NCBI GenBank assembly: GCA_951406725.2
Contig: OX597838.1
Location: 20,894,001-20,958,000 of the forward strand
Direction: 5' to 3'
Length of the DNA: 64,000 bases
DNA from: Octopus vulgaris
Lineage: Eukaryota
Numbering within the stretch: position 1 is the first letter of the stretch; every line of letters begins with the position of its first letter. The notes beneath the pieces were generated by a model. It was not told the origin of the DNA. It worked only from the letters and a program-made list of their open reading frames with translations, and did no database searches. Below, piece after piece: positions 16,080-29,009 of this stretch. The translations under genes were made by a program, and so were the position numbers.

Positions 16080-17029
16080 TGTAACCAGTATGAGTACTGG
16101 TGTCACTCAAAAAGCACTGGTGATGGTGCCACTCAAAAAGCACTGGTGATGATGCCACTCAAAAAGCACTGCTGATGGTGCCACTTAAAAAGCACTGCTG
16201 ATGGTGCTACATAAAAAGCACAGGTGATTGTGCCACTTAAAAATCACTGGTGCTGGTACCATGTAAAAAGCACCCAGTACACTCTGTAGAGTGGTTGAGT
16301 TTAGGAAGTGCATCCTGCCATAGATATCATGCCAAAACAGACTATAGAACCTGATGCAGCCCTTGGCCCTGCCAATTCCTGTGAAGCTATCTAACCCATG
16401 CCAGCATGGAAAACAGCGTGAATCCTTCATACTGTTAAAAAGACGAGCTGGTCATGGCTGGAATGCCTCTGATCATAGCCTTACTCAATTATAGTTGACC
16501 TGGAGATAAACAATAATGACCTGACGGGGAAGTAAGTACAAGGAGAGGATTGAGTGAAAATGACATAACCAAAAATTGTTAACTGGGCTTAAACAACAAA
16601 GACTGTACTGGTACCCAAAAAGGTTAAACCAGACACCCAGACAATTCCTACCCCAGTCAGTGTTTATACAAATGTCTTCAGTTTCTCTAGAACAACAGCT
16701 GTGAGAGAGAGAATAGTGAAAGGTGAAGAGAGAAGAAGAGTACATGGCTAACAAGGAGAAGCCTTAATGGATGTGCACAATTACTGAGATTAGTGTTGTA
16801 TTGTCAACAAGGAGTCTATTGTCACATTGGCAGAGCAAAGGTTTATTGTTCTCCTGAGTGGGGTCAGGTTGCCGGAGAAAGAGAAAGTGGGAGACCATTG
16901 CGGATTGATAAGAAGACATTCATTACAGCAAATATTTGAAATAGGAAGAAATCGTTTGGAGGCTAACATACAGTGTGTGGGTGTGTGTATGCAGATGTAA
17001 AGCATTTGTGTGCATGTGTGTGTTGCGTG

Positions 17030-17520
17030 CAGATGTAAATGTTTGTATGTGTAAAGTTTTAAAGTGTGTGTGTGTGCACAGATGTAAAGTGTTTGTATGT
17101 GTAAAGTTTTAAAGTGTGTGTGTGTGCGCGCGCACAGATGTAAAGTGTTTGTATGTGTAAAGTTTTAAAGTGTGTGTGTGCGCGCGCACAGATGTAAAGT
17201 GTTTGTATGTGTAAAGTTTTAAAGTGTGTGTGTGCGCGCGCACAGATGTAAAGTGTTTGTATGTGTAATGTTTTAAAGTGTGTGTGTGCGCGCGCACAGA
17301 TGTAAAGTGTTTGTATGTGTAATGTTTTAAAGTGTGTGTGTGCACAGATGTAAAGTGTTTGTATGTGTAATGTTTTAAAGTGTGTGTGTGTGCACAGATG
17401 TAAAGTGTTTGTATGTGTAAAGTTTTAAAGTGTGTGTGTGTGTGTGCGCACAGATGTAGAGTGTATGTGTAAAGTTTCAGTGCGTGTGTGTGCACAGATG
17501 TAAAGTGTATGTATAAAGTG
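17030..17520 (+). repeat. Minisatellite with ~46-54-bp unit
   Basis: About ten copies of gcacagatgtaaagtgtttgtatgtgtaa(a/t)gttttaaa(gt)n. Confidence 0.9.
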
Positions 17521-20500
17521 TGTGCATGTGTGTGTAGATATAAAGTGTATGTGCACATGTATGTGTTTTTGTGTGTGTGAACATGGATGTAGGAATGATC
17601 AAAGAGTGATGACATGTGGCTCAGTGGTTAGGGTATTTGGCTCATGATTGTATGGTTGTGAGTTCAAATCCTGGCCGCACATTGTGTCCTTGAGCAAGAC
17701 ACTTTATTTTACGTTACTCCAGTCCACTCACCTGGTAAAATATCATTAGTACCTGTAATTCAAAAGGGGCCAGCTTTCTTGCATTCTATGTCATGTTGAA
17801 TCTCCTTCAGAACTATGTTAAGGGCATGCATGTCTGTGGAGTACTCAGCCACTTGCATATTTATTTCATGAGCAGGCTGTTCTGTTGATCAAATCAACTT
17901 GCCAGTTTAAAGTTTTTAGGAATGACTGAGTAGTAAAGACGTCCTCACAATCATAAGAGTCTAGGTTCAGTCCTACTGCTTGGCACCTGGGGCATTGACT
18001 TGGGATTTGTTAAGTGAAATTTGGTTGATGGAAACTGTACTGAAGCTCATAGACTGGATAGGCTGTAGCTGTAATTCGATAGTCTGGTCATAACACAAAT
18101 TGTGTTATGATGGTTCAGACTAAAGGGCTGGAGGATGCATAGGGGCTGGCTTGGGGCTGTCAGCTCTGGTAGACCTGGTTGGCTCTACTAATGATGACAC
18201 CTCTGGGACCACTAGCTTGGAATGATCCCAACCCCATCAATCAAGAGCATGAAGCCAAACCAAGCCAAGAATGATGTCGCCCACTCAATGAATGGAACCT
18301 AGAATTTTAGTGTGGGCAATTACAACAGAGTAACCTCTAGTACAGGTACTCAAGGGCTGTGTGGTGGCCTTTCAAACTGGGTACTTTGTTTGGCTCACCA
18401 ACCGAAACGGTTATTTCTAGGTTGTTTATCCAACTTACACCTTTCTCCTTGTTACCTTTGCGGACATAATTGCATTTCAGTAATTTCCAGGCTGTTTATT
18501 ACAACCACCAGTTAATACCATCATCTTTGTTGCCGTAGTTACCACTGTATTTAGCATCGTGATCATGACCACGACCACCACCATCATCATCTGTTTGTGT
18601 AATAAGTAATAGAATAACATTCCTACAGATTATATATAACTAACTCCTATTTATCCCTTCTATGTTACACGGGATTTGTCTGCCTCTCTCCCTTCCTTCC
18701 TCTCTCCTTCCCTCCTTCAATTCTCCTTCCCTCCTTCATCACCTCTCTTCCTGTCTCTTCATACCCCCCCTCATCTCGTCTCTTTTTGTTTCTCTTTACC
18801 CCTCGCCCCCTTACCATATTCCTCTCTATCTCTCTCTCATCTCCTCTCTTTCTGTCTCTACCTCTCTCTCCCTTCCCATGCTCTTCTCTCTTCCCCCCCC
18901 CTTCTCTCTCTCAACGGGCAGGAATCTGTGGCGAAAGATTCTGTTCAAATTAGGTTAACATTCATCAACAATTTCCCTTGTTTACATCCTAAACACTGGT
19001 TTCCCGCCCACCGGCTTCATTCCCCCTCTCCACTACCAGCCAACAACCAATCACTAACCACCCTTTCCCCCCTCCTCCAATGTGTTGATTCAATCACTAA
19101 GAATGAAGAAATAAAAAAAATCACTTTGTCTGAAAAAAAAAAAGAAAAAGAAAGCCTAATCTGTTTGCCTAACAAACTCTTCCTATCATCTCTTCCTAAT
19201 CCCATTATAGGATTTCAATGGGTAATCCTCTTTTCGCATCGTCTCACAACAAATCATTACCGGGATCTCTTAACGAAGATCGTTTAGCTTAATACTAGTC
19301 ATAACTGCACCAAGCTAAACTCAAAGCCCCGATACACTCAACTAGTGTCCACGTGTCTTTGAGAGACGTGGCTGTGAGGTAAGAAGTTTGCTTCCCAACC
19401 ACATTGTTCTGAGTTCGGTCCCACTATGTGGCACTTTGGGCTGGGCAAATGTCTTCTGTGCAGTCTTGTGCTGACCAAATCCTTATGAATGGATTTGATA
19501 CATGAAAACTGTCCTGGAGTTGAATACTTAGACTGAAACATCTTTCAAGGTGAAGCTCCAGCATGGCTGCAATCAAATGAGTGAAACAAGTAAAATAATT
19601 AAAGAATTTGGGCACACTAATGGCTATGTGGCAGACCTGTTTTCTTTGTAACCACATAATTTTCAGCTCATTTCCTTAGGTGTGGTCCATTCTAGCTCCA
19701 GGACAACCTGTGTCTTGTGTGGAAATTTGTGGGCCTCATGGAGGCAAAGTGGCCGAGCACCTTTCAAGCATTGGACCTCACAGAGGCAATGACCAAGACC
19801 TTTGGCATTATGTTGTACGTGAGAAGAAGACCCCCACAAAATCGCAGTCGTGGAAGATACTGGTGTCATGCAAATGGCACCCATGCTAGTGGCACGTAAA
19901 AGCACCCATTATACACTCGGTGTTGTTGGCATTAGGAAGAGCATCCAGCTGTAGAAAACCATGCAAAATCAGACTGGAGACTGGTGCTGTCTTCCAGTGT
20001 GCCACCCTAGTCAAACCGTCCAACCCATGCCAGCATGGACAACAGACGTTAAATGATGATGATGAAAACTGCAGGAAGCCCATCATATATATATGCGTAT
20101 ATGTGTATGTACATGCATAAATGTACATCTGTGTTTATATGCCCCATACTCATCACTGCTAGAACAAAGCGATGCAGATGTTGACATTCCTTGCTGACAT
20201 TATGACCAGTGGCACTTACACTTTTGAAAAGCGAAACAGCTGTGGAATAAAGATAGTCTTTATTGAAAATTAAGTGTGGGATGTCAACAGGAAGTGCATC
20301 TAGCCATAAAATCCTGCTTTAAGCTTTTTAATACCCAACATTCCCCTGCTTCAGTGATAGAAGCTTTATGTTAAAGTGATCTGAATTAGAACCTTCCATT
20401 AAAATTCCATGTTAATTTATGCTAATTTATGAATGATGTTGACTCATATTTTTTGGAGGTAAAACAGGTTAAGAACGTCAATTGATTTTACGAAGAGGAC

Positions 20501-21444
20501 AAAATCGAGGAATTCTGCTTCTTTCTTTCTTTTCTTTTTTTTTTTTTTGCATAGAACTCGTTAACTCGTTAGTGTTCTCTTTAGTGGTCTTTTATCTTTT
20601 GTAATTTCACAAAATATTTCAGCTGCATTTTAGTTCTTTTTCGAGCACTTATAAAAAAATATTTATTATTTATTATTCTTCTTCTTATTATTATTATTGT
20701 TGTTGTTTTTGTATTGTACTGGTTTTATTCCTTTCTCTTTCAATTTTTGCTGAGAAGCCTTTGTTTATCATCATGATCATCATCTTTTTACATTCTCTCT
20801 TTATTGTCATCATCATCATCAACATTAACACTATCACCTTCAAACCTGGCAGTCAAAAGTACCAAAAAAATTGAAGACAATCTTTTCATTTTTCTTTTTT
20901 TTTTTTTTGATGTATATTTATTTTTCAGTATTATTTTTGTGGTTGTTTTATACATTTATTTATTTGGGTATATTTTTTTTATATATTTATATTGTTTGCT
21001 AGGACCCAGTTCTCTGAATTGTATTACCATTCCTATCACCACCACCACCACCACCACATTTCATTACATGACCTTCCACTACGATACAGCAGGGGTTTAC
21101 CTTCAGTCTGTATTTCTGTCAATAAACTGCACTTGTGGAATTGTCGAATTGTCAGGTCATTGAGAGTACGACCACAGTACCCAGTAGCAAGTTGAATAGT
21201 AATTTGATGTCTTGGTCTGTAAGATAAGGCTTGTCTCTGACACCGGTAACTTCAGTTGATATCAAAGTCTATTGTATTGTGATAAGAGTGGTGGTCGTGG
21301 GGTTTGTGTGGGGGACTTTACTATTTTTAGTTTCAGTCAATTCTGTCAATAAAAAATGTACTTTTCGGGGACTGGACTTTGGGTTTTAACACCCGTTGCT
21401 GGATGGATATTGTCAGTGTACACAGACGACAGAGTGTACTTGAC

Positions 21445-21998
21445 TTAAACCGATTTAGCACTCCGATTACTTTTTGTCAATTGTGATGCTTATTTACTCA
21501 CATCGTTTTGAATTAATCATGTATTGCTTTGAGATTTTAATGAGGTGATTGTTTATGTTTAGGAGGACATTGTAGGGTAAGTGTGAGAGGCCAGATATGG
21601 CCAGTTAAACCCTTTAGCATTCAGATTATTCTGTCAAATATAATGCTTATCTATTCACATTGTTTTGAATTAATTATGCATTATCTTGTAGCTTTGAGAT
21701 TTTAATGATGTGATTGTATAGTTTTAGAAGGACATTGTAGGGTAGATGCGAGAGGTCTGATATGGCTGGTTAAACCCTTTAGCATTCAGATTATTCTGTC
21801 AAATATAATGCTTATCTATTCACATTGTTTTGAATTAATCATGCATCATCTTATGGCTTTGAGATTTTCATGATATGATTGCTTATTTTTCGAAGGATAT
21901 TGTAGGGTAGGCATGAGAGGTTGGATCTAACTGGTTTGAACATAAAACAGGTAGAATATCTAGGCCAGATGTGGCTGGTCTGAATGCCTAAAGGTTAA
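21445..21998 (+). repeat. Tandem trimer of the TTAA-flanked MITE (~165-bp unit)
   Basis: Units start ttaaacc(c)tttagca at ~21446, 21605 and 21770; only the last unit has the right terminus. Confidence 0.7.
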
Positions 21999-22335
21999 GA
22001 GGGAAACTGAGTACAAGAGGCATCAGATGTTGTGCGCAAGAGAGAAGACCGATGGTTCGGTTACATGATGCATATGGAGGAGGACACCTGAGCACTTTGT
22101 GGTGCACCTGAGCACTTGTGGTGCACCTAAGCACTTGTGGTGCACCTGAGCACTGTGTACAATAATTTCATTATATTATTAAAGAAGTGCCAATCTCTAA
22201 TTTTGGAGGGAACCTGTGGAGGGGATAGATCCAGGAAGACATGGGATGAAGTAGTGAGAAAGGGTCTTTGGACACTGGGCCTCACTGGGGAAATGATAAG
22301 GGGTTGGGACTTGTGATTTGCTGTACTCAAGAAGA
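21999..22335 (+). pseudogene. RTE LINE 3' fragment interrupted by a 19-bp tandem repeat
   Basis: Translation RWFGYMMHMEED...KKCQSLILEGTCGGDRSRKTWDEVVRKGL; about four copies of gcacttgtggtgcacctga at 22085-22155. Confidence 0.65.
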
Positions 22336-22558
22336 CATGTCAAGCTAAGTAAATTCACAGCCATCCATACATGCTGGCATGTCCTTTGCAGGTGCCAATG
22401 CCATATAAAGGGCACTCATGCTGGTGGTACATAAATGCACCTGTACCGATGGTATGTAAAATCACCCAGTACACCCTGTAAAGTGGTTGGTGTTAGGAAG
22501 GGTAGGCACCCAACCTTAGAAACCATGTCAAAACACAATTAGAGTCTGGAAATATGTT

Positions 22559-22835
22559 TGTGATGCATGTGCTTGATGTACCCTTATCAGACGGGTAGTC
22601 ACGATGGGTTTACTGGGCTTCATATATTTTACCCCAATGTCACTTTGATGGCATGCACTGCTCTCTCACTCAATAATAATAATGATAAGTGCACACATGG
22701 TTATGATGCATGTGCCTAGTGTACCCTTATTGGACAGGTAGTCATGGTGGGTATACTGGGCTTCGAATATTTTACCCCAGTGTCACTTTGATGGCATACT
22801 CTACTCTCTCACTCAATAATAATAATAATAATAAT
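22559..22835 (+). repeat. Tandem duplication of a ~140-bp unit ending in (TAA)n
   Basis: Two copies of tgatgcatgtgc...gtacccttat...ttttacccca.tgtcactttgatggcat...ctctctcactcaataataat. Confidence 0.8.
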
Positions 22836-23013
22836 AGTGGTGATGATGATGATGTTACAGAATAAAAAGCTCTGTTTACAAAAACAAAAAATTATTAATG
22901 AATGTAATGTGATATTTAACGTTTTAATTCACTAAAAGAATGAGAAATTTGTTGTTTTCTTCCATTGTTGGTGATATTAATAATCTTATCGGTAAATGGT
23001 ATATATTTTGTAG

Positions 23014-23088
23014 GTGGAAGAGCTCAGTCGCAAAGCAACCGTTGAGAAGAAAGAAATGGAGGAGCGACATGACCTCGTTAGGGAACAG
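23014..23088 (+). CDS. Coding exon of unidentified plus-strand gene (VEELSRKATVEKKEMEERHDLVREQ, coiled-coil-like)
   Basis: Acceptor ttttgtag, donor CAG|gtttgt, 75 nt, phase 0-0. Purine-rich unique sequence inside AT-rich non-repeat DNA. Confidence 0.75.
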
Positions 23089-23837
23089 GTTTGTGTCATC
23101 TTCTTCATTTTAATCTTTAAAAAATGACCATTTATTCCCCCACTGTTTGTCATATTCTTTTTGTGAGGGTTTTGTTAAAAATAATCTTTATTTTTTTTTT
23201 TTTTTTTAGGAAAAAAAAAAAGCGGTCCTCCAACACTTTTTTTTTCCCCCCCAAAATGTATTTTGTATGGTTTTCTTTCCTGTTATTTTATTTCAGTTAA
23301 AAGAAACAAAAAAAAAAACATGGGGTGGGGCGGAGTTGATTGCTTTTATTATTATCAACAGAATCATTAAAACGGTGGATGGAATTCCTAGCAGGATTAT
23401 GTTACATCACTTTGTCTTGGGTTCAAATCTTTATGGGATCGATCCAACTTCACATTCTGCCAATACCATGGAGCTAATCTACAAAACTGAAGTACCAGTA
23501 ACATACTGGGATCCAATTTAACCAATGGCATCTCTCAAAAAGATTCGAGGCTTTGTTATCTATATTTATAAATCACTGTTGTTGTAATTTTTCTTTGTTT
23601 TTTTGTATTTGTGTTTTTTATTTTATTTTGTTGTTGACATAAGCTTGAAAGTGTGTGTCTGTTGGTCAATGTCTAATAACCTTTTAACAGTTTTATTATA
23701 ATCAATAATAATAATAATCAATAATCAATAATAATAATAATCAATAATGTTATCTAACATCTTATTTTTTCTCCTCCCACCTTCTTTCTCTTTTTACTGA
23801 AGCCATATTGAACTTTGTAGTTGTCTTTTCAATACAG

Positions 23838-23879
23838 AATAAAAAGCGAATTTATAAACCAGTTGGTATTCCGTGGATG
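23838..23879 (+). CDS. Small coding exon (NKKRIYKPVGIPWM)
   Basis: Acceptor tcttttcaatacag, donor ATG|gtaatt, 42 nt, phase 0-0, in frame with the exon at 23014. Confidence 0.65.
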
Positions 23880-24999
23880 GTAATTAAATTAGACTAATTA
23901 ATTGTTCAAGCTGCAGCATTGACAGTTGCGATTAGGTAGATGTGTCTAAACAGTAAAGGGAATTTCATGTGTTTGGTTAATTTTTTTCCAGGTTTTTTTT
24001 TTTAAATTTGATTTTTTTTCTTTTGGTTGTTTGAAGCATTCAAAGAGATGCTTTTATATAATCCAAAACTAGAGGAATAATTTCAGAATTTAAATTTATA
24101 TAAAACGGAATTATATGATAATAATAATAATAATATTAATTCTTTCTACAAATGGCACATGGCCTGGAATTTTGGGGGATGAGGAAAGTCGATCACATCG
24201 ACCCCAATACTTGACTGATACTTAATTTATCGATCCTGAAAAGATGAAAAGGTAAATCGACCTTGGGGTAATTTGAACTCAGAACATAAAGCAGATGAAA
24301 TGCTGCTAAACATTTTGCCTGGTGTGCTAATGGTTCTGCCAGCTCACCATAATAATAATAATAATAATAAGAAGAAGAAGAAGAATAACAACAATGGTTT
24401 CAAATTTTGGCACATAACCTTCAGTTTTGGGGGAAGGATAAAGTCAATTAAATCAATCCCAGTGCTCAACTGCTACTTATTTTATCAATCCTGAAAGGAT
24501 GAAGGGCAAAGTCAACCTCAGCAGAATTTGAACTCAGAACATACAGATGGATGAAATACCACTTAGCATTTTACCTGGCATGCTAATGATTCTGTCAGCT
24601 CACTGCATTTTAATAATAATAATAATAATGATAATAATAATAATAATTGCAGGTATGGCTGTGTGGCAAGATGTTTGCCTCCCAAGCACATGATTTCAGG
24701 TTCAGTTCCACTACATGACACCTTGGCCAAGTGTCTTCTGCTATGGACTCAGGCCAACCAAAGCCTTGTTAGTAATTCTGGTAGATGAAATTGAAAGAAA
24801 CCTATGGTGTGTGTGTGTGTTTGTTTTGCTATTGTCTCCTCTCCTTGGCATTGTGTGATAGTTTTAAGCAAGTGTTACTGATATGTGAGTGATGTCCTTC
24901 ATTTCATTCTTCCGTAATATGTTTGGACATGAAGAAATATTCCTTTATGTGGAGACTGTGACAGTTGGTCACTTCAGTAAACTCCATCTGATCTATGGC

Positions 25000-25742
25000 A
25001 CAAACATGAGGATCTTGGAAGCGAAGAGCATTGGTAGTGTTTGACAGATGGAAATCTGAAATGATAAACTGTATCATTTATAGAAGCTCAATAACAAGTG
25101 ATTAGAATGAACTTGATAAAAGGACAAAGATTGATAAAACTAAGAGCAAGTGTAGAATGTATGGAAAAAGGGATGAGTGCAGTTAGCTAGCACAAAATGA
25201 GTTTAAATGCAGGCATGACTGTTGGTAAAAAAATGCATTAGAATGTTAGCCAATTTTATGGATTTGAAGTACTGAAAAGTGATATGAACACAAACCAAAG
25301 ACTCTCATGGTAAATGATAATTACAAAATTTTATGAGATTGGCCAGATCAGATGTGATCATAGAAGATGGAAAAGATAAGCACTGTGTAAGATCATAGAC
25401 TTCACAATATCTATGATAACAGAGGGGATATAAAAAAAACTTGAAAATCGAGAAATATTAGGACTTATCCAGAAAGATGAAGATATTGTGAAACACAGAG
25501 GTGAAAATTCTTCTGTGATATTCAGTAAGACACCCAAACTGCTACTTAAGAGGCTGAAGGATATTGAAGTTAAGACATGTATTGCCAATCTGCAGAAAAG
25601 TATCGACCAGCATTCTGCAAGAATTCTAAAAGAGATTTCTGAAATTTGAGGAAACTCATTGACACCACACCCATCCTTTGAACATCCCTAATTAATTAGC
25701 ATGGAATAGCTTATGTGTAATAATAATAATAATAATAATAAT
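25000..25742 (+). pseudogene. Degenerate R4/Dong-like non-LTR retrotransposon 3' end
   Basis: Frameshifted translation gives CKIIDFTISYDNR...KIEKY.DLSRKMKIL...CIANLQKS..SARIL, resembling the restriction-like endonuclease C-terminus. It ends in (TAA)n. Confidence 0.55.
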
Positions 25743-26104
25743 AACAAGAGCACTCAGCACAAACTTCCACCAAGGCAACACCAACATCCTCTCAACGATT
25801 AGCCAGAGATGATTTTTAAAATGAGAATATCTGAAATAAACTCAACTACTCTCACAAATGAGAATACTAAAAATGAACTCAACTGCTCTCAAAAATTAAG
25901 TAAAAAAAGCAGGAAAAAATCCAGAATCCTTGTCTGATACCAGATCGACCCCCAAATCTAATCAGTTTGTGCCAGTCACGTGGCCAAATGTCCTTGAAAG
26001 TTTTATCTGAATCCATCCAGTAGTTCTTGAGATATCTTGTCTATGGACAAACAGATATACACACATGACTGAAAACAATACCTCTGCTAAGGCGGAGGTA
26101 ATAA
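25743..26104 (+). mobile_element. Helentron-associated non-autonomous element (HINE-like)
   Basis: Starts aacaagagcactcag, has an internal gaatccatccagtagttcttgagatat...gacaaacaga motif, and ends in the hairpin acctctgctaaggcggaggt-aataa. Confidence 0.55.
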
Positions 26105-26654
26105 CAATGGTTTCAAATTTTGCCACAAGGGCAGTGATTTTGGGGGAGGGGATGAGTCGATTACTAGCACTCAACTGGTACTTATTTTATCGACCCTTAA
26201 AGGATGTAAAGCAAAGTCAACTTTGGTGGAATTTGAACTCAAAACGTAGCGATGGACAAAATGCTGCTGAGTGTTTTGCCAGCTCACAGCCTTAATAATA
26301 ATAATAATAATAACAATTTCACATTTAGCACATGGCTAGCAATTTTAAGAGGTGGTGGTGGTGGTGGGAGTTGATACCATGAACCCCATGTTATGTGACT
26401 GGTACTTTCCATCAACCCCAAACACGTGTGTGTGTGTCTCATCAACATGTGTGTGTGTGTGTCTTTGTCCCTCCACCATCGCTTGATAACCAATGTTGGT
26501 GTGTTTATGTCACCATAACTCAGTGGTTTGGCAAAAGAGACCGATAGAATAAGTACTAGGCTTACAAAGAAACAAGTCAAAAGGCAAAGTAAAAGACTAC
26601 CCACATTTGCTAGTAAGTGACATTCTTTTGGAAGATTATAAGGTTTATTTATTT

Positions 26655-27055
26655 CACTGGTCCTCAACCGGGGTTCATATGGTCCTTGAGGTTCCACCTA
26701 AGATTTTGTTGGTAAAATTTACCTGCAATAAATTGGCTATACTTCTGCAATATACAAAATATTTTAATAGTAATTTTTATACAATTCTTTATAATTTTCA
26801 ATTATAAAAAATACTGTTCTTTATTTTAGAAATGAAAAATTCTGTACATTGTTTACATTGGACGCATATTTATCCTCACCTTGTTTGTCATCACAACATT
26901 TCGGCTGGTGTACTCTCCAGCCTTCATCAGGTGTCCTGGTGGAGTTTGAAATTCCTGATTTGTCCAATGTAAATAATGTATAAAAATATAATAGGATCTT
27001 TTTAAACATCAAATAGCTAAAGGATCCATAGGCAAAAAACAGTTGTGAAACACCG
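26655..27055. mobile_element. hAT-like MITE containing a hammerhead-bearing fragment
   Basis: Decayed CAGTGGTTCTCAAC-type termini (cactggtcctcaacc ... agttgtgaaacaccg). Confidence 0.45.
26891..26934 (-). ncRNA. Minimal hammerhead ribozyme-like motif (Penelope-type)
   Basis: Minus strand reads ACAC-CTGATGA-a-GGCTGG agagtaca CCAGCC-GAAA-tg-TT-GTGA. The core and a 6-bp stem II are intact; stems I and III are slightly decayed. Confidence 0.55.
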
Positions 27056-28310
27056 AGTAAGTTGGTGTACTGCAAGCAGGGTCAGGGATTTTACTTGTTA
27101 TATTTCAATAGATATGTATTTACATTTATAAAATGTTGAGATACGACTAGTTCTATTTCAATGGTTTCTTCCTAAGTTACCTACCCACCATCAGACTTCT
27201 TAACCTCACATCACATTGTTCTCAGTCTCATTAGAAGAGAAAAATCACTCTGTCACACAGACAAACTATGGCTGGTCACAAAACAAAAAAAAAAAAGTTG
27301 GTGGTGGTGGGGGGATACCCCTCCATCTGTTTCTGAATTCAGTGTGATGTGAAACCTATAATAACTGTTTGTGTTCTGCATGTTTGATACAAGCCCAAAA
27401 GCCTGGACATGCATGTCCCATGTGCTTAACATGTACGTGTATGCATACTACTACTATAACTACTACTACTACTATGGTTTGCTTCTCTGCTGCTTTCTGT
27501 TTGAACTTCCTCATTACTAAAAACATAAAAAAAAAACTAGAAAGTTCTTATCTGAAATCTGGGTGAAAGAAGTTACTAGGAGAAAATAAAATTTATCAAG
27601 TTGGCCTCTTATAGCTTTTAGGGTTCTGAAAATAAGGGCAGAAGATTTGTGTCTTTTGGGGGTTTTTTTTTACCCCCTCCCCCCACTCGTTTTTGCTTAA
27701 AAGGCAAAAAAAAAAAAAAGAGACAGAAAGAAAAACAACATTGGTATTGAAAATGTCATGAATTTCCCTTAGTCTTACTTTAACTTTAATGTTCCTGTAA
27801 TTTTGATTTAGTTAAACTGTGCACCAAAACTTTTCGTATTATTAGTCTCTATAAACATTTGGTTGCATCTCCTTCCCACACCTGCAGTCTCCCAAGATAC
27901 GGTCAGGTCATTTACATCACACCTCTCTAAATGACCATATGAAATTACTATTTATATTTTTCTTAGTTTTTTTTGTTTTTTTTCATTTTTTAAAAATTTC
28001 TACTAGATTGTTATTTTCTTTTAAAACTTCATTATAATTCTTTTACCCTTTAACATTTAAACTGGTCATATCCAGCCCAAATCGTCTTCCTGTTTTATGT
28101 ACAAACAGGCGTTGGCCATGACTGGGTGGTAAGAAGTTTACTTTCCAACCACGTGGTTCTGCATTCGGTCCCATTGTGTGGCATGTTGGACAAGTGTCTT
28201 TTGCAATAGTCCTGGACTCGCCAATGAAAGTTCAATATTACTAAATGTCTCAACAACATGTACTTATCACATTACTACTAGTTTCCTGTACATGTAGTTG
28301 AAACGTTTAG

Positions 28311-28357
<47 letters not shown>

Positions 28358-28581
28358 AAAAAGGAGATGTGGAACACGAGTTGTGATATATAAAAAAAGG
28401 AAATGAAGAAAATGCTGACATTTCTCTTAAGAGAAAAAAATCTATCAGAAAAGAACTCTATCTCACTTAAAAAAATATCTTTTGATAAGCATAACAAATG
28501 CGCAACCCATTGTCTCCGAAAGAAAGAATTTCACCTAATTAAATACTAGTTTCCTGTAAATTATTTTGTCAGCATTTAATA

Positions 28582-28631
<50 letters not shown>

Positions 28632-29009
28632 ATACATACACATCCACACATATGTCTGAGCCATCAGAAAGTTGTGGAGAATACAATGCCGAGATCAAAC
28701 AATATAAGGATAACAAGGATTCAAAAGTGAACATACGAAAATGAATAAATGTAATTTAAGATGATGGATGAAGGACAAGGATGAACTGGATAAGAAATGA
28801 GCAAAATATAGCCTCGGGGCCCAAAAGACTCAAATATATATATATATATATATTGCTAAGCTAATATGGCAGTCCAGAAATATAGGATGAATGCTGCTGT
28901 TGATTAGCTCCAAGAAGCCATTGCCTCTAGCTAGCTATGACACATAGACCTGTGTCCATTACAACCTTCGAACAAGGGTGGTCAGCCGCTTCCCCTTGCT
29001 TGTCAGGCA

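Noticed and set aside
12840-16270. Regularly spaced ggtgcttttta(c/t)gtgccac and aaaaagcactggtgatggtgccac repeats that look CRISPR-like
   Set aside because: The intervening sequences resemble each other, the units are internal subrepeats of retroposon family E, the context is eukaryotic and there are no cas genes.
23014-23088. Assigning the plus-strand gene to a named family (e.g. PLC-beta C-terminal coiled coil)
   Set aside because: The resemblance is only generic coiled-coil composition, with no diagnostic motif.
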